This document shows, piece after piece, positions 1 to 8,581 of a stretch of DNA of 26,987 bases (the stretch's first letter is position 1; each line of letters starts with the position of its first letter). The notes beneath the pieces are model-generated. The model was not told the origin of the DNA, ran no database searches, and saw nothing but the letters and a program-made list of their open reading frames with translations. A program made the position numbers and the translations under genes. The DNA lies in the NCBI GenBank assembly GCA_002773975.1, contig PEZR01000005.1:3076-30062 (forward strand), read 5' to 3'. This DNA comes from Bdellovibrio sp. CG10_big_fil_rev_8_21_14_0_10_47_8. GTDB taxonomy: Bacteria; Bdellovibrionota; Bdellovibrionia; Bdellovibrionales; Bdellovibrionaceae.

Positions 1-2
1 AA

Positions 3-785
3 AGTCACGTTGCTGTATCCTTCGAAGAGCCAGAATACACGGCAAACTCGGATGCCTTGGGCGCCCTGAGGATTTTAGAAGCTATTCGAATCTTGGGTCT
101 CGAAAAAAAGACTCGGTACTATCAAGCTTCAACATCTGAACTGTACGGCTTGGTGCAAGAATCCCCTCAAAAAGAGACCACTCCGTTTTATCCGCGAAGT
201 CCCTATGCTGTGGCCAAGCTGTATGCTTATTGGATCACCGTCAATTATCGTGAGGCCTATGGCATTTACGCCTGCAACGGAATTCTATTTAATCACGAGA
301 GCCCCGTTAGGGGGGAAACATTTGTTACCCGAAAAATCACGATGGGTTTGGCTCGAATTAAAATGGGCGTTCAAGATTGTTTATATCTTGGAAATATCGA
401 CGCCAAAAGGGACTGGGGTCACGCTCGGGATTATGTCGAAATGCAGTGGCTGATGTTGCAACAAGAAAAGCCTGAGGACTTTGTGATCGCAACGGGAAAA
501 CAGTACAGCGTGAGAGACTTTATTGAGAAAGTTGCGCAAGAGCTAGGTATGAAGCTGTCATGGTCTGGGTCAGGGGTTAAGGAACAAGCTACAGATCAAA
601 ATGGAAAAGTCGTTGTGCGCATTGATCCCAGATATTTCCGACCAACCGAAGTGGAAACTTTGCTTGGGGATGCCTCCAAGGCCAAAGAAAAACTGGGATG
701 GGTTCCGAAGACCTCTTTCGATGCCTTGGTCAAAGAGATGACGGCCGCTGATCTTAAGATGGCGCAAAAAGAGAGCCAGCAATGA
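3..785 (+). CDS. gmd: GDP-mannose 4,6-dehydratase (5' partial; runs in from the window edge)
   Basis: The frame is open from base 3 ([29 protein letters not shown]), so the ORF-track TTG at 57 is internal. Canonical Gmd motifs: [52 protein letters not shown]. Confidence 0.97.
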   Translation, partial: SHVAVSFEEPEYTANSDALGALRILEAIRILGLEKKTRYYQASTSELYGLVQESPQKETTPFYPRSPYAVAKLYAYWITVNYREAYGIYACNGILFNHESPVRGETFVTRKITMGLARIKMGVQDCLYLGNIDAKRDWGHARDYVEMQWLMLQQEKPEDFVIATGKQYSVRDFIEKVAQELGMKLSWSGSGVKEQATDQNGKVVVRIDPRYFRPTEVETLLGDASKAKEKLGWVPKTSFDALVKEMTAADLKMAQKESQQ

Positions 786-1717
786 AAATTCTAGTGACAG
801 GTGGCCGAGGGATGGTCGGTCGCAACTTGGTCGAGGCTTTGAAGAACAAGGACCATCAGGTTGTTGCACCCTCGCGTTCGGAGTTGGACTTAACGGACTA
901 TAAACAGGTCGAAGCGTATATTCGCTCGGAACGTCCTGACATGATTGTCCAGACCGCTGGGCGAGTCGGTGGTATCGAGGCCAACATGAATCATCCCGTG
1001 GCGTTTTTCTTGGAAAACTGGGACATCAATCGCAATATCATATGGAGCGCACGACAGGGTGGAATCAAAAAAATGATCAACCTTGGCAGTTCATGCATGT
1101 ATCCCAAGGATGTAGAGGGAGAACTTGTCGAAGAGATGATTTTGTCTGGGCCATTGGAACCAACAAACGAGGGCTATGCAATTGCAAAGTCAGCGGCCGC
1201 AAGATTTTGTGCGTACATTGCTCAGGAAGATCCAGAGTATAGATACAAAACAATTGTTCCCTGCAATTTATACGGTCGACATGATAAATTCGATCCACAG
1301 GTATCTCATTTGCTGCCGGCGATTGTTGATAAAATTCACAAGGCCATTGAAAGCGGTAGCAACGAAGTCTCTATATGGGGCACTGGCGAAGCTCGGCGCG
1401 AATTTCTTTTTGCAGGTGATTTAGCAGATTTGATTATTTATAGCCTCGAAAATTTTGAACGAATGCCCATGGTTATGAACGCAGGACCAGACGAGGACAT
1501 GAGCATCAATTCCTATTACCAAATAGCGGCCGAAGTGATGGGATTCCGTGGTCAATTCGTCCATGATTTGTCCAAGCCAGTGGGGATGAAGCAAAAGAAG
1601 GTATCTACAGAAAAGTTAAAGAAATTTGGTTGGAAGCCCAAAACCGATTTGCGTCGGGGAATTGCGCTGACCTATGAGTTCTACAAACAAAGTCTGGCTG
1701 AAAAAACTTTGCGTTAA
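782..1717 (+). CDS. fcl: GDP-L-fucose synthase (GDP-4-keto-6-deoxymannose 3,5-epimerase/4-reductase), WbcJ/ColC-like clade
   Basis: ATGA overlap with the gmd stop. Motifs: [37 protein letters not shown] (YxxxK), [25 protein letters not shown]. Confidence 0.92.
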   Translation: MKILVTGGRGMVGRNLVEALKNKDHQVVAPSRSELDLTDYKQVEAYIRSERPDMIVQTAGRVGGIEANMNHPVAFFLENWDINRNIIWSARQGGIKKMINLGSSCMYPKDVEGELVEEMILSGPLEPTNEGYAIAKSAAARFCAYIAQEDPEYRYKTIVPCNLYGRHDKFDPQVSHLLPAIVDKIHKAIESGSNEVSIWGTGEARREFLFAGDLADLIIYSLENFERMPMVMNAGPDEDMSINSYYQIAAEVMGFRGQFVHDLSKPVGMKQKKVSTEKLKKFGWKPKTDLRRGIALTYEFYKQSLAEKTLR

Positions 1718-2613
1718 GACTTTTCATTCCAGCAAGTTTTAAAATAGTTCAAAATAAAAGCCAAGCAGATGCTGCCAAAGATACTCAGGACTAAAAACAT
1801 CACTATAAATATCAGAGATTTGCGAGACAGTGATTTTTCACTGACAATAACGTCACCGATCAACCTGGTCGTATAGGTATGGCGAGAATCCAGTTGATCC
1901 TCCAACAGAAGAGAGTCTCGCTTAAGTTTTTTGAGATCTTGCACTTTATTCTGTAAAACAAGAAAGTGAATCAGATCAGCGGTTCCTCCGCCTTGGGCTT
2001 TCTGATCAAACGCCTTTTTTATCTTCTCAAGAGAGGCCTCTATTTGTTGAATGCTCGCCGCCAAGAGTTCTTCCTGAGATTTAAGTCGTCGAACATGCCG
2101 ATCAAAGAGGGCAGAGTGTTGTTTTTCAATGTGGCCAAACTGCGCGAGCACTAGGTCGTGGGCCAGCTCCGGAGATGTTGCAGATGTTTTAATTTCGAGG
2201 AGATCTAAACTCTTAGTTGAGGAAATTTTTAAACTTCCAAGATAAAGATTTTCAGCCCGAGGATCATTGGGGGGAGGTTGTATTTGTTGAAAAGCTTCGC
2301 TTGCAAACGAAGAACTCGTCATTTTTAAGACAACATTTGTAGGAGACTCTATGAGCTGCGCTGAAGCGGGCCCATTTCCGTTATTTGGATTCCATATTTG
2401 ACCAATTTGAAAAGTAACGATTGCTTCCCATAAATTTTGTCGAAAAGATAAAAATACGCCGGCACCCAGCATGGCGACCAAAGAAATCCCAAGAATCAGA
2501 AATTTATAGCGTTGAATGACCAACCATTTTTCTTGAAGTGTCATATCGTCGAAGTGTTTATTTTTGATCAAAATACCATCCTTAGAAAATAAGTATCTTT
2601 CAATGCTATACAA
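1714..2613 (-). CDS. Wzz/FepE-like polysaccharide co-polymerase (chain-length determinant)
   Basis: Two terminal hydrophobic helices (FLILGISLVAMLGAGVFLSF; LIFIVMFLVLSIFGSICLAFIL) flank a periplasmic region with a heptad-rich coiled coil (LKSQEELLAASIQQIEASLEKIKK). N-terminal DDMTLQEKWLVIQRYK resembles Wzz DEIDLxELxxxLWRxK. An alternative TTG start at 2571 follows AAGGA. Confidence 0.75.
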   Translation of the reverse strand: MYSIERYLFSKDGILIKNKHFDDMTLQEKWLVIQRYKFLILGISLVAMLGAGVFLSFRQNLWEAIVTFQIGQIWNPNNGNGPASAQLIESPTNVVLKMTSSSFASEAFQQIQPPPNDPRAENLYLGSLKISSTKSLDLLEIKTSATSPELAHDLVLAQFGHIEKQHSALFDRHVRRLKSQEELLAASIQQIEASLEKIKKAFDQKAQGGGTADLIHFLVLQNKVQDLKKLKRDSLLLEDQLDSRHTYTTRLIGDVIVSEKSLSRKSLIFIVMFLVLSIFGSICLAFILNYFKTCWNEKS

Positions 2614-2687
2614 TAAATTGAGGAAGATGCAAAATAATAGCTGTTAGGCCCCCCAGGAAGTCAGACCCAGTATTGAAGGGAACCTTG
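2614..2687. promoter_or_regulatory. Short divergent intergenic region expected to hold promoters for wzz (-) and the SDR (+)
   Basis: Inferred from the divergent gene arrangement and an AT-rich left half; no convincing -35/-10 pair identified. Confidence 0.4.
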
Positions 2688-3569
2688 ATGAGCAGAAAAC
2701 TAGTGATTACGGGATCCACAGGGTTCGTGGGCAGACATTTCTTAAAGAGGCTCAATAATGAATTTGAGGTTCAGACCCTAGATCTAAGGAAACAAAATGT
2801 TTCTGAACTTGATTTTTCTGGGGTTGACGCAATTCTCCACCTGGCGGCATTGGTTCATCAGATGAGGGGCGCGCCCCCTGACGCTTATTTTCAAGTGAAC
2901 ACGATTTTAACAAGAGACCTTGCGCTGGCGGCTAAAAATGCCGGCGTTAAACATTTTGTTTTTATGAGTACGGCTCATGTATTCAATGATCAAAGCTCAC
3001 TGGAAAATAAACCAATTGCCTATGACGAGAACTCACCATGCCTTCCCATTGGCCCTTATGCCAAGAGCAAATGGCAGGCCGAAAACATTCTGCGAGAGCT
3101 GGAGGACCCATCCTTCGTTGTTTCAATTGTTCGTCCACCATTGATCTATGGACCCGGAGCAAAGGGAAATTTGGTGAGCTTGGCCAAGCTGGTAAAAATA
3201 GCGCCTTGCTTGCCATTTCTATTTGATACAAATCAGAGAAGTTTGGTGGGCATTGATAATCTGACAGATTTTCTATTCCAAGTTCTTGAAAAAAAAACGA
3301 GTGGGACATTTCTTCCTCAGGATGAGAAACCCGTCAGTCTTCGAGAAATGACGGAATACTTATCAGCGGCCCAACAGCGAAAAATAGTTCTATGTCGTCC
3401 ACCGAAGATTTTTTTGAAAATGTTGTTTTGGCTACGGCCCCAGATCACCGGTCGCCTTTTTGGATCTCTAATTTTGAACTCTTCGAAGACAAATCGAGAA
3501 TTGGGCTATCAACCACGGGTGTCCACCAAAGAGGGGTTCTCTTTGATGATGAACGAAAAAAACCTATGA
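2688..3569 (+). CDS. NAD-dependent epimerase/dehydratase (extended SDR; WbpV/WbpK-like 4-reductase type)
   Basis: ITGSTGFVG, HLAALVH, FMST, YAKSK, VRPPLIYGPGAKGN. ATG 2688 preceded by GAAGGGA is preferred over TTG 2673. Confidence 0.88.
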   Translation: MSRKLVITGSTGFVGRHFLKRLNNEFEVQTLDLRKQNVSELDFSGVDAILHLAALVHQMRGAPPDAYFQVNTILTRDLALAAKNAGVKHFVFMSTAHVFNDQSSLENKPIAYDENSPCLPIGPYAKSKWQAENILRELEDPSFVVSIVRPPLIYGPGAKGNLVSLAKLVKIAPCLPFLFDTNQRSLVGIDNLTDFLFQVLEKKTSGTFLPQDEKPVSLREMTEYLSAAQQRKIVLCRPPKIFLKMLFWLRPQITGRLFGSLILNSSKTNRELGYQPRVSTKEGFSLMMNEKNL

Positions 3570-4466
3570 AGATAAAATCGCCCGAAGACCCTTCTCGAGG
3601 TTCATTTTGGGATGAAAGTTTAAATGTTTCACGGCTTTTGAGCAGTCCAAGTTGAACCGAATTTCCCCCGCTCGCACCGGGTCTCGCCACTGTTGTTCAA
3701 GTTGAACAGTCCCTTTTCCGGCGACCTTCACGCATGCCAGGGCAATTTCTTCCATTGAATAGAGAGTCCCACCGGCAATATTAAAAATTCCGGTGACATT
3801 TTTTTCGATGGCCTCGAAGCAGGCCCACGCGAGGTCTTCGCTGAAGATCAGGTCGGTTCTATCATCGTGAGGAGGATAGACGGTGATCGTTTTGTCTTGG
3901 GCGGCGGTATCAAGCTGCTGCATGATCAATTTATTGTGTTCAAGACCAGGTCCGTAGACCGATGAGGGGCGTAAACAACAGTACGTCAAATCGTTAATTT
4001 GCTCTAGGGCCCGCTCTGCTAAAAGTTTGCTATAGCCATAGTAGCCACCAACCCCGGAATTTCCCAAGGGGGAGTCTTCAGAAATTTTTTGGGAATTCAC
4101 CTTTTCATAAACGGTGGCGCCAGAAATGAAAATCATTTTTTTTGACCGTGAAGCACACCACTGTCCTAGAAGCTCGGTAAACCGCACATTAATATCAAAA
4201 ATAGTGTCGTCGGTCATTTTTCGTGAGGCCGCTGGGACTGCGGCTGCGGCATGAATGACAACAGCCACGTCTCCAAGAAGTGTATCCAGCTGCTCGAAAG
4301 TTCTCACTACCCGGAAGTCCGCCAAACGCAATTTTTCCTGGGAAATCTGCGGCGACGAGATGTCTCCGCGACGAATAGCCACAAAGTCTAAGCTTCGATT
4401 CTGGGCTTCTTTGACAAGAGCCCGACCAACCATTCCGCCAGCGCCAGTGATGCCGACTAGTACCAT
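3564..4466 (-). CDS. NAD-dependent epimerase/dehydratase (extended SDR)
   Basis: GITGAGGMVG, IHAAA, FISGATVY, YGYSKLLAE (YxxxK), LRPSSVYGP, FNIAGG. Confidence 0.88.
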   Translation of the reverse strand: MVLVGITGAGGMVGRALVKEAQNRSLDFVAIRRGDISSPQISQEKLRLADFRVVRTFEQLDTLLGDVAVVIHAAAAVPAASRKMTDDTIFDINVRFTELLGQWCASRSKKMIFISGATVYEKVNSQKISEDSPLGNSGVGGYYGYSKLLAERALEQINDLTYCCLRPSSVYGPGLEHNKLIMQQLDTAAQDKTITVYPPHDDRTDLIFSEDLAWACFEAIEKNVTGIFNIAGGTLYSMEEIALACVKVAGKGTVQLEQQWRDPVRAGEIRFNLDCSKAVKHLNFHPKMNLEKGLRAILSS

Positions 4467-5500
4467 GTTCTGACAATTCCTCGAGAACTCTGATCAGAAA
4501 GAAGTTGTTCAGCGGAGACCCCGTCAATAAAAACCTCTTCCAAATAGCGCATGGCTACTCCGCTTTGAATTTGAGGTTGTTCCAAGACTTCATTGAAAAG
4601 ATAGTTTCTAACCACCATGTCTGGTTCATTGAACCCATAGTGGGCGCGCACCGCCGTCGTTCCAGAAAAGCGGGCATTGAATTCAAAAGGAATTGGTCCT
4701 TTGGGGCCGATCATTAACTGAACGTTCAGCGAACCCATAAAGGGCAACTTTTCGCCGATTTCAAGCAACAGGGAGTTCAGTTCTTGAAATGGTGCGACCT
4801 CGATCATCCAAGAACTTCCACCGCGCAACGTTCTTCGCGCCGTAAAGGGCCCCAGCAATTGCCCCTCTTTGGTTTTAAAGATGCTGCAGGTGTACTCGGC
4901 ATCCAGTTGATCACGAGGGGTCGCTATCATTTCTTGCAGAATTGGTCGAGGGGTCGTTGGAAAATGCGCGATAAGGTCTTGTTCATTTTTTACAACATGG
5001 ACATGTCGGCTGGAGGTGCCAGTTCGAGTTTTAAGTACCAGGGGATAACCCATATCAGTTGCGATCTTCAGGGCTTCATCCATATTCGAAACAATGTGTG
5101 TTTGGGGGCAGCGAATCCCTGCGTTTTTCAAAAACTCATAGGTCAACCACTTGTCGTTGGAAAGTTTCACGGTTTCGTGAGGCGAGGCCACAATGATAGC
5201 CTTGGTTTTGCTTTCAAGCACAGTTCGGTTTTTAGAAAAAAAGTCGAGGTCAAATTCTGATCCGACCAGAACCATATCAATATGGCCATGGTTCAAGACA
5301 TCGATCATTTCTTCAAGAGAGTTTGGCGACTCCACCCGTGGAATCATCAGAGATTCATCACTCCGAAAAAGACCCGAGTTAAGTGGATGAACGTCACCCA
5401 TAATCAAGCGTAGAGATCTTTTTGACAGTCGCAGAGATTTTAAGATGCCCTGACCCACGCCACTGCCAGCACCTGTAATTAAGATACGGGGATCTGCCAT
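4457..5500 (-). CDS. ATP-grasp domain protein (carbamoyl-phosphate-synthase/PylC-like ligase)
   Basis: DKWLTYEFL, GYPLVLKTRTGTSSRHV, ILQEMI, EYTCSI, LNVQ, FEFNARFSGT match the ATP-grasp pattern (DK...P...KP..G.GS...QE...EIN.RF.G). Confidence 0.85.
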   Translation of the reverse strand: MADPRILITGAGSGVGQGILKSLRLSKRSLRLIMGDVHPLNSGLFRSDESLMIPRVESPNSLEEMIDVLNHGHIDMVLVGSEFDLDFFSKNRTVLESKTKAIIVASPHETVKLSNDKWLTYEFLKNAGIRCPQTHIVSNMDEALKIATDMGYPLVLKTRTGTSSRHVHVVKNEQDLIAHFPTTPRPILQEMIATPRDQLDAEYTCSIFKTKEGQLLGPFTARRTLRGGSSWMIEVAPFQELNSLLLEIGEKLPFMGSLNVQLMIGPKGPIPFEFNARFSGTTAVRAHYGFNEPDMVVRNYLFNEVLEQPQIQSGVAMRYLEEVFIDGVSAEQLLSDQSSRGIVRTWY

Positions 5501-6213
5501 GAGGACTCCTTTCCTTGGAGGACTCGCTGAATCCTGGCCACTTCATGAAGGTTATGGGCATTGGAACCTAATGAAATCATCGCACCAAACTCTTTGCACC
5601 AAGCATAGATTTGCCAGGGTTCAGGGTGATAGTGTGGGTTGATCTCTACGGCCACAGATTGGTCGGCAGCTTTTTGAATTAATTTTTTAAAGAGATCCGC
5701 TGGTGGCGCTGCTTTAAATCGCCGGTAAGACATGCCAAAGGGATGACCTAAGATATCCACCCGTGGATTTTCTAGAACGGCCATCGACAGACGAAATTCT
5801 CGATCGATGGCTTGTTCAGAGGTCAGCCCCCCCGAGTTTCCTTTGATGCTACCCGTTTCCCCAGGAAAACGGTGAACACTGGCCATCACAAGGTCAACGG
5901 TGTTGTAAATTTCATCACTGAGATCAAGCTCTCCAGAAAAATCAGCTACCTTTGACTCCACACCCACCAAAGCAAGGCATTGATCATGCGGAAGGCTTCT
6001 CACCGTTTGGGCAAATTCTTGAAACCAGGGACCGCTGCTTTTGCGTGCGTGTTCCGAAAATAAAATCGCGCGCAAACCTTGAGAAATGGCCTGGGCATGC
6101 ATTTCTTCCACAGAGCTTTCCCCATCGGTGAACTTGGTATGCATATGAAAGTCATAAGGAACGATATTGGAGGCGGTTGTGCTCTGCATTTCCAAAATAT
6201 ATGGGCTAATCAT
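5479..6213 (-). CDS. PHP-domain phosphoesterase (histidinol-phosphatase-like)
   Basis: DFHMHTKFTDG, FSEH, GVE, ASVH, ILGHP, VEIN, LGSNAH are PHP metal ligands. The terminal SDAH motif reads SNAH here. ATGA overlap with the legI stop. Confidence 0.85.
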   Translation of the reverse strand: MISPYILEMQSTTASNIVPYDFHMHTKFTDGESSVEEMHAQAISQGLRAILFSEHARKSSGPWFQEFAQTVRSLPHDQCLALVGVESKVADFSGELDLSDEIYNTVDLVMASVHRFPGETGSIKGNSGGLTSEQAIDREFRLSMAVLENPRVDILGHPFGMSYRRFKAAPPADLFKKLIQKAADQSVAVEINPHYHPEPWQIYAWCKEFGAMISLGSNAHNLHEVARIQRVLQGKESSWQIPVS

Positions 6214-7292
6214 TGAATCAATTCATCCTCTGTGAAATTTCGTTCAGCAACCCGCCCCAGATAAGACCAATACTCAAAAGGACTGATGCCGTTTCCAGGT
6301 CTTTTTACACCAAGGTTATTTTCTGAAAAGACCTCTCCGGCGCGAATGTCCTTGATGGCAATCAAACTTTTACGAACGATGGCCTTATTTTTTTGTTCAG
6401 AGAGGGCCGGCCTTTTTTCCGTGCTGCCCATGGCTACATCAACGTCTCGGATTGCTTTGACCATGTCCCTGAGTTCGTTGGGCTCAAGGCTGGCGGCATG
6501 ATCAGGGCCCGTCATTTTTCGGTCTAAGGTAAAGTGTTTTTCAATAATCGAAGCGCCCATTGCTACCGCTGCAATAGGAACCACGATCCCTTGAGTATGG
6601 TCAGAGTATCCGGTCGGCAAATGAAAATGGTCTCTCATTGTGATCATTGCCCGTAGGTTCACGTCTTTGAGAGGAGCCGGGTAGTCTGTCGTGCAATGTA
6701 GGAGGGTGACGCGCTCTCGCAAGAGACGCTGTCCTTCATCGGACTGAAAAGCGTTCGTAAAGCTTTCTTTCGAAGGTCCCTTGGAAGACTTGGGGGACTC
6801 CACCAGTCCAAAGGCAATGGCTTCCAAGGCATGACGGACTTCGTCCAACGTGCTCATTCCTGTAGAGACGACCAGAGGCAAACCTGACTGAGCGCTTTTT
6901 ATCAGATAGGGGGCATTGGTAATTTCGCCGGAAGGCAGTTTTAATCTAGAGACACCAAGATCATTGGCCAACAGATCAATGCTGCCCATATCAAAGGGTG
7001 TTGAAAGAAACTCAATTCCGAGTTTGAGGCAACGATCTTTGATTTTTTTAAAGTCGGCCAAAGACAATTGCCAGCGTCTTACCATATCCAGTTGGGATTC
7101 AAGCTTCTGAGTATTAACAACCTGATAATCGCACTGTGGTGCAAATTTGCTGACGACGTCTTCAGCTTTGAAGGTTTGAAATTTTACCGAGTCTGCGCCG
7201 GATTGTTTAGCGGCTTCGACGAGTTCGAGCGCTAGATCCAAACTTCCGTTATGATTGATGCCAGCTTCCGCAATGATATAGGTTTCACTCAT
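6210..7292 (-). CDS. neuB: N,N'-diacetyllegionaminate / N-acetylneuraminate synthase (NeuB family, full length with SAF/antifreeze-like domain)
   Basis: IIAEAGINHNG, VKFQTF, KLPSGE, LLHCTTDYP, GYSDHT, IEKHFT, GPDHAAS and C-terminal VKRPGNGIS. It carries the insertion (AFGL...PSKESF...SDEGQ) that I associate with LegI-type synthases. Confidence 0.95.
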   Translation of the reverse strand: MSETYIIAEAGINHNGSLDLALELVEAAKQSGADSVKFQTFKAEDVVSKFAPQCDYQVVNTQKLESQLDMVRRWQLSLADFKKIKDRCLKLGIEFLSTPFDMGSIDLLANDLGVSRLKLPSGEITNAPYLIKSAQSGLPLVVSTGMSTLDEVRHALEAIAFGLVESPKSSKGPSKESFTNAFQSDEGQRLLRERVTLLHCTTDYPAPLKDVNLRAMITMRDHFHLPTGYSDHTQGIVVPIAAVAMGASIIEKHFTLDRKMTGPDHAASLEPNELRDMVKAIRDVDVAMGSTEKRPALSEQKNKAIVRKSLIAIKDIRAGEVFSENNLGVKRPGNGISPFEYWSYLGRVAERNFTEDELIQ

Positions 7293-7375
7293 GGGCCAAT
7301 TCTCCCTTTCTAGGCTTTACCACGACCAGGGGACACGCGAAACAAGATCCTTTAAAAACATCTGCTGTTATGCTG

Positions 7376-8563
7376 TTAAAGATCAAAGAATTTCTTTTTT
7401 AAAAGAGCCTGGGGGTCCTTAATTTTTTTGAGCTGATCCTTAATTTTTTGGCTTGCGGTGCCATCCCCAAAGAGATTTTCCGTCGCCGAACAATCTTTTA
7501 CGAGAGCTTCACGAACGGCCTTTTCGATGGCTTCCTCCGTGGGGGGGCAATTGATAATGGAGCTAGACTGAATGCGACCCCGCTGTCGATCTCCAATATT
7601 TACTGTAGGTTTCTTCAAAAAAGGCGCCTCGTACAAGGCACTCGAGGAATTTCCGACGACGGCGTCGACCTGTGACATTGTACTGAGATAACGAACTTGT
7701 CCCAGTGATGTATAAGCTTTGGCGTTTGGCCGGGTGGCTACAAATTCATCAACCATAGAGATTAGAATTCTTCCGTCGGTGTCTGCGTTAGGCTTTGTAA
7801 AAATTAAACCAACATCTGGCCCCAGTCTGTCCAGGGCATTCAGTAGCTCTTGGAATTGGCCAGCTGAGGTTTGGGTTTCCAGAGTCACCGGGTGAAAAGT
7901 GATCAAAATATTCTGCCGTTGCCAAGAGTAGCCCATCGATTCGGACAGTTGATCCCGCGACCACATTTGCAATCGTTTGATATAGTCGACACCCACGTGA
8001 CCGACATGGAAAATATGTTCTGGATTTTCGCCGAGCTGGCGAACTCGTTTTGCAGAGACAGCGCTATTGGTGAAATGTAAATGGGACATTTTCGTCAGGC
8101 TATGACGGATAGCTTCGTCAACAACGCCCTCTGTTGAATCCCCGCCGGAAATATGGGCAATAGGGATGCGGGCAACCAGTGCAGCTTGAGCCAGAGCCAG
8201 GAGTTCAAACCGATCACCCAGCACCAACAGGATATCTGGTCGTAGCCGATCGAGAGCTTCAGAATACCCAATGGTGCCGAGGCCCATTGATTTCGCAATT
8301 CCAATCGGGGAATCGCTGGACAAAAGCATCTCGACTTTGGCATCCAGCTGAAAACCGTCGGCTTCGATGGTCTTGTAGGTCAAGCCAAACTCGGGTGACA
8401 AATGCATTCCAGTTACTAGGACCTGCAATTGCAATTCGGGATCACCTTGGATTTCTTTCATGACCCAATAAAGCAATCCATATTCAGCGCGAGTGCCAGT
8501 GGCCACGAGAATGCGACGTTGTCGCGGGGATTTTGAAGTTGGGTTTGTGTTTGTCGGATTCAA
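7376..8563 (-). CDS. neuC: Hydrolysing UDP/GDP-N,N'-diacetylbacillosamine 2-epimerase (NeuC/LegG)
   Basis: TGTRAEYGLL, TGMHLSPEFG, LGDRFE, HISGGDSTEG, DEAIRHSLTKMSHLHF, ITFHPVT, VGNSSSA, NIGDRQRGR. TTG start at 8563 follows an AGGGGAG RBS. Confidence 0.95.
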   Translation of the reverse strand: MNPTNTNPTSKSPRQRRILVATGTRAEYGLLYWVMKEIQGDPELQLQVLVTGMHLSPEFGLTYKTIEADGFQLDAKVEMLLSSDSPIGIAKSMGLGTIGYSEALDRLRPDILLVLGDRFELLALAQAALVARIPIAHISGGDSTEGVVDEAIRHSLTKMSHLHFTNSAVSAKRVRQLGENPEHIFHVGHVGVDYIKRLQMWSRDQLSESMGYSWQRQNILITFHPVTLETQTSAGQFQELLNALDRLGPDVGLIFTKPNADTDGRILISMVDEFVATRPNAKAYTSLGQVRYLSTMSQVDAVVGNSSSALYEAPFLKKPTVNIGDRQRGRIQSSSIINCPPTEEAIEKAVREALVKDCSATENLFGDGTASQKIKDQLKKIKDPQALLKKKFFDL

Positions 8564-8581
8564 ATTGGAACTCCCCTTTTT

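Noticed and set aside
1352-1360. ops-like AGCGGTAGC in fcl (and GGCGGTATC near 3903)
   Set aside because: Imperfect matches to the RfaH ops consensus GGCGGTAGnnTG, inside coding sequence rather than a leader, with no JUMPstart context.
1714-2687. wzz as an invertible cassette (flipping it would make the first four genes co-directional)
   Set aside because: No inverted repeats longer than about 5 bp found at its ends, and its stop codon is shared with fcl.
7363-7378. Tandem TGCTGTTA x2 spanning the neuC stop, as a possible IS excision footprint
   Set aside because: One 8-bp tandem duplication in 27 kb is about the chance expectation; no IS remnants nearby.
3289-7547. Homopolymers A9 (3289), C7 (5827), G7 (7541), and A8 runs at 18311 and 24942, as phase-variation tracts
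   Set aside because: Shorter than typical G/C contingency tracts, all in intact frames, and they encode ordinary Lys/Pro/Gly pairs.
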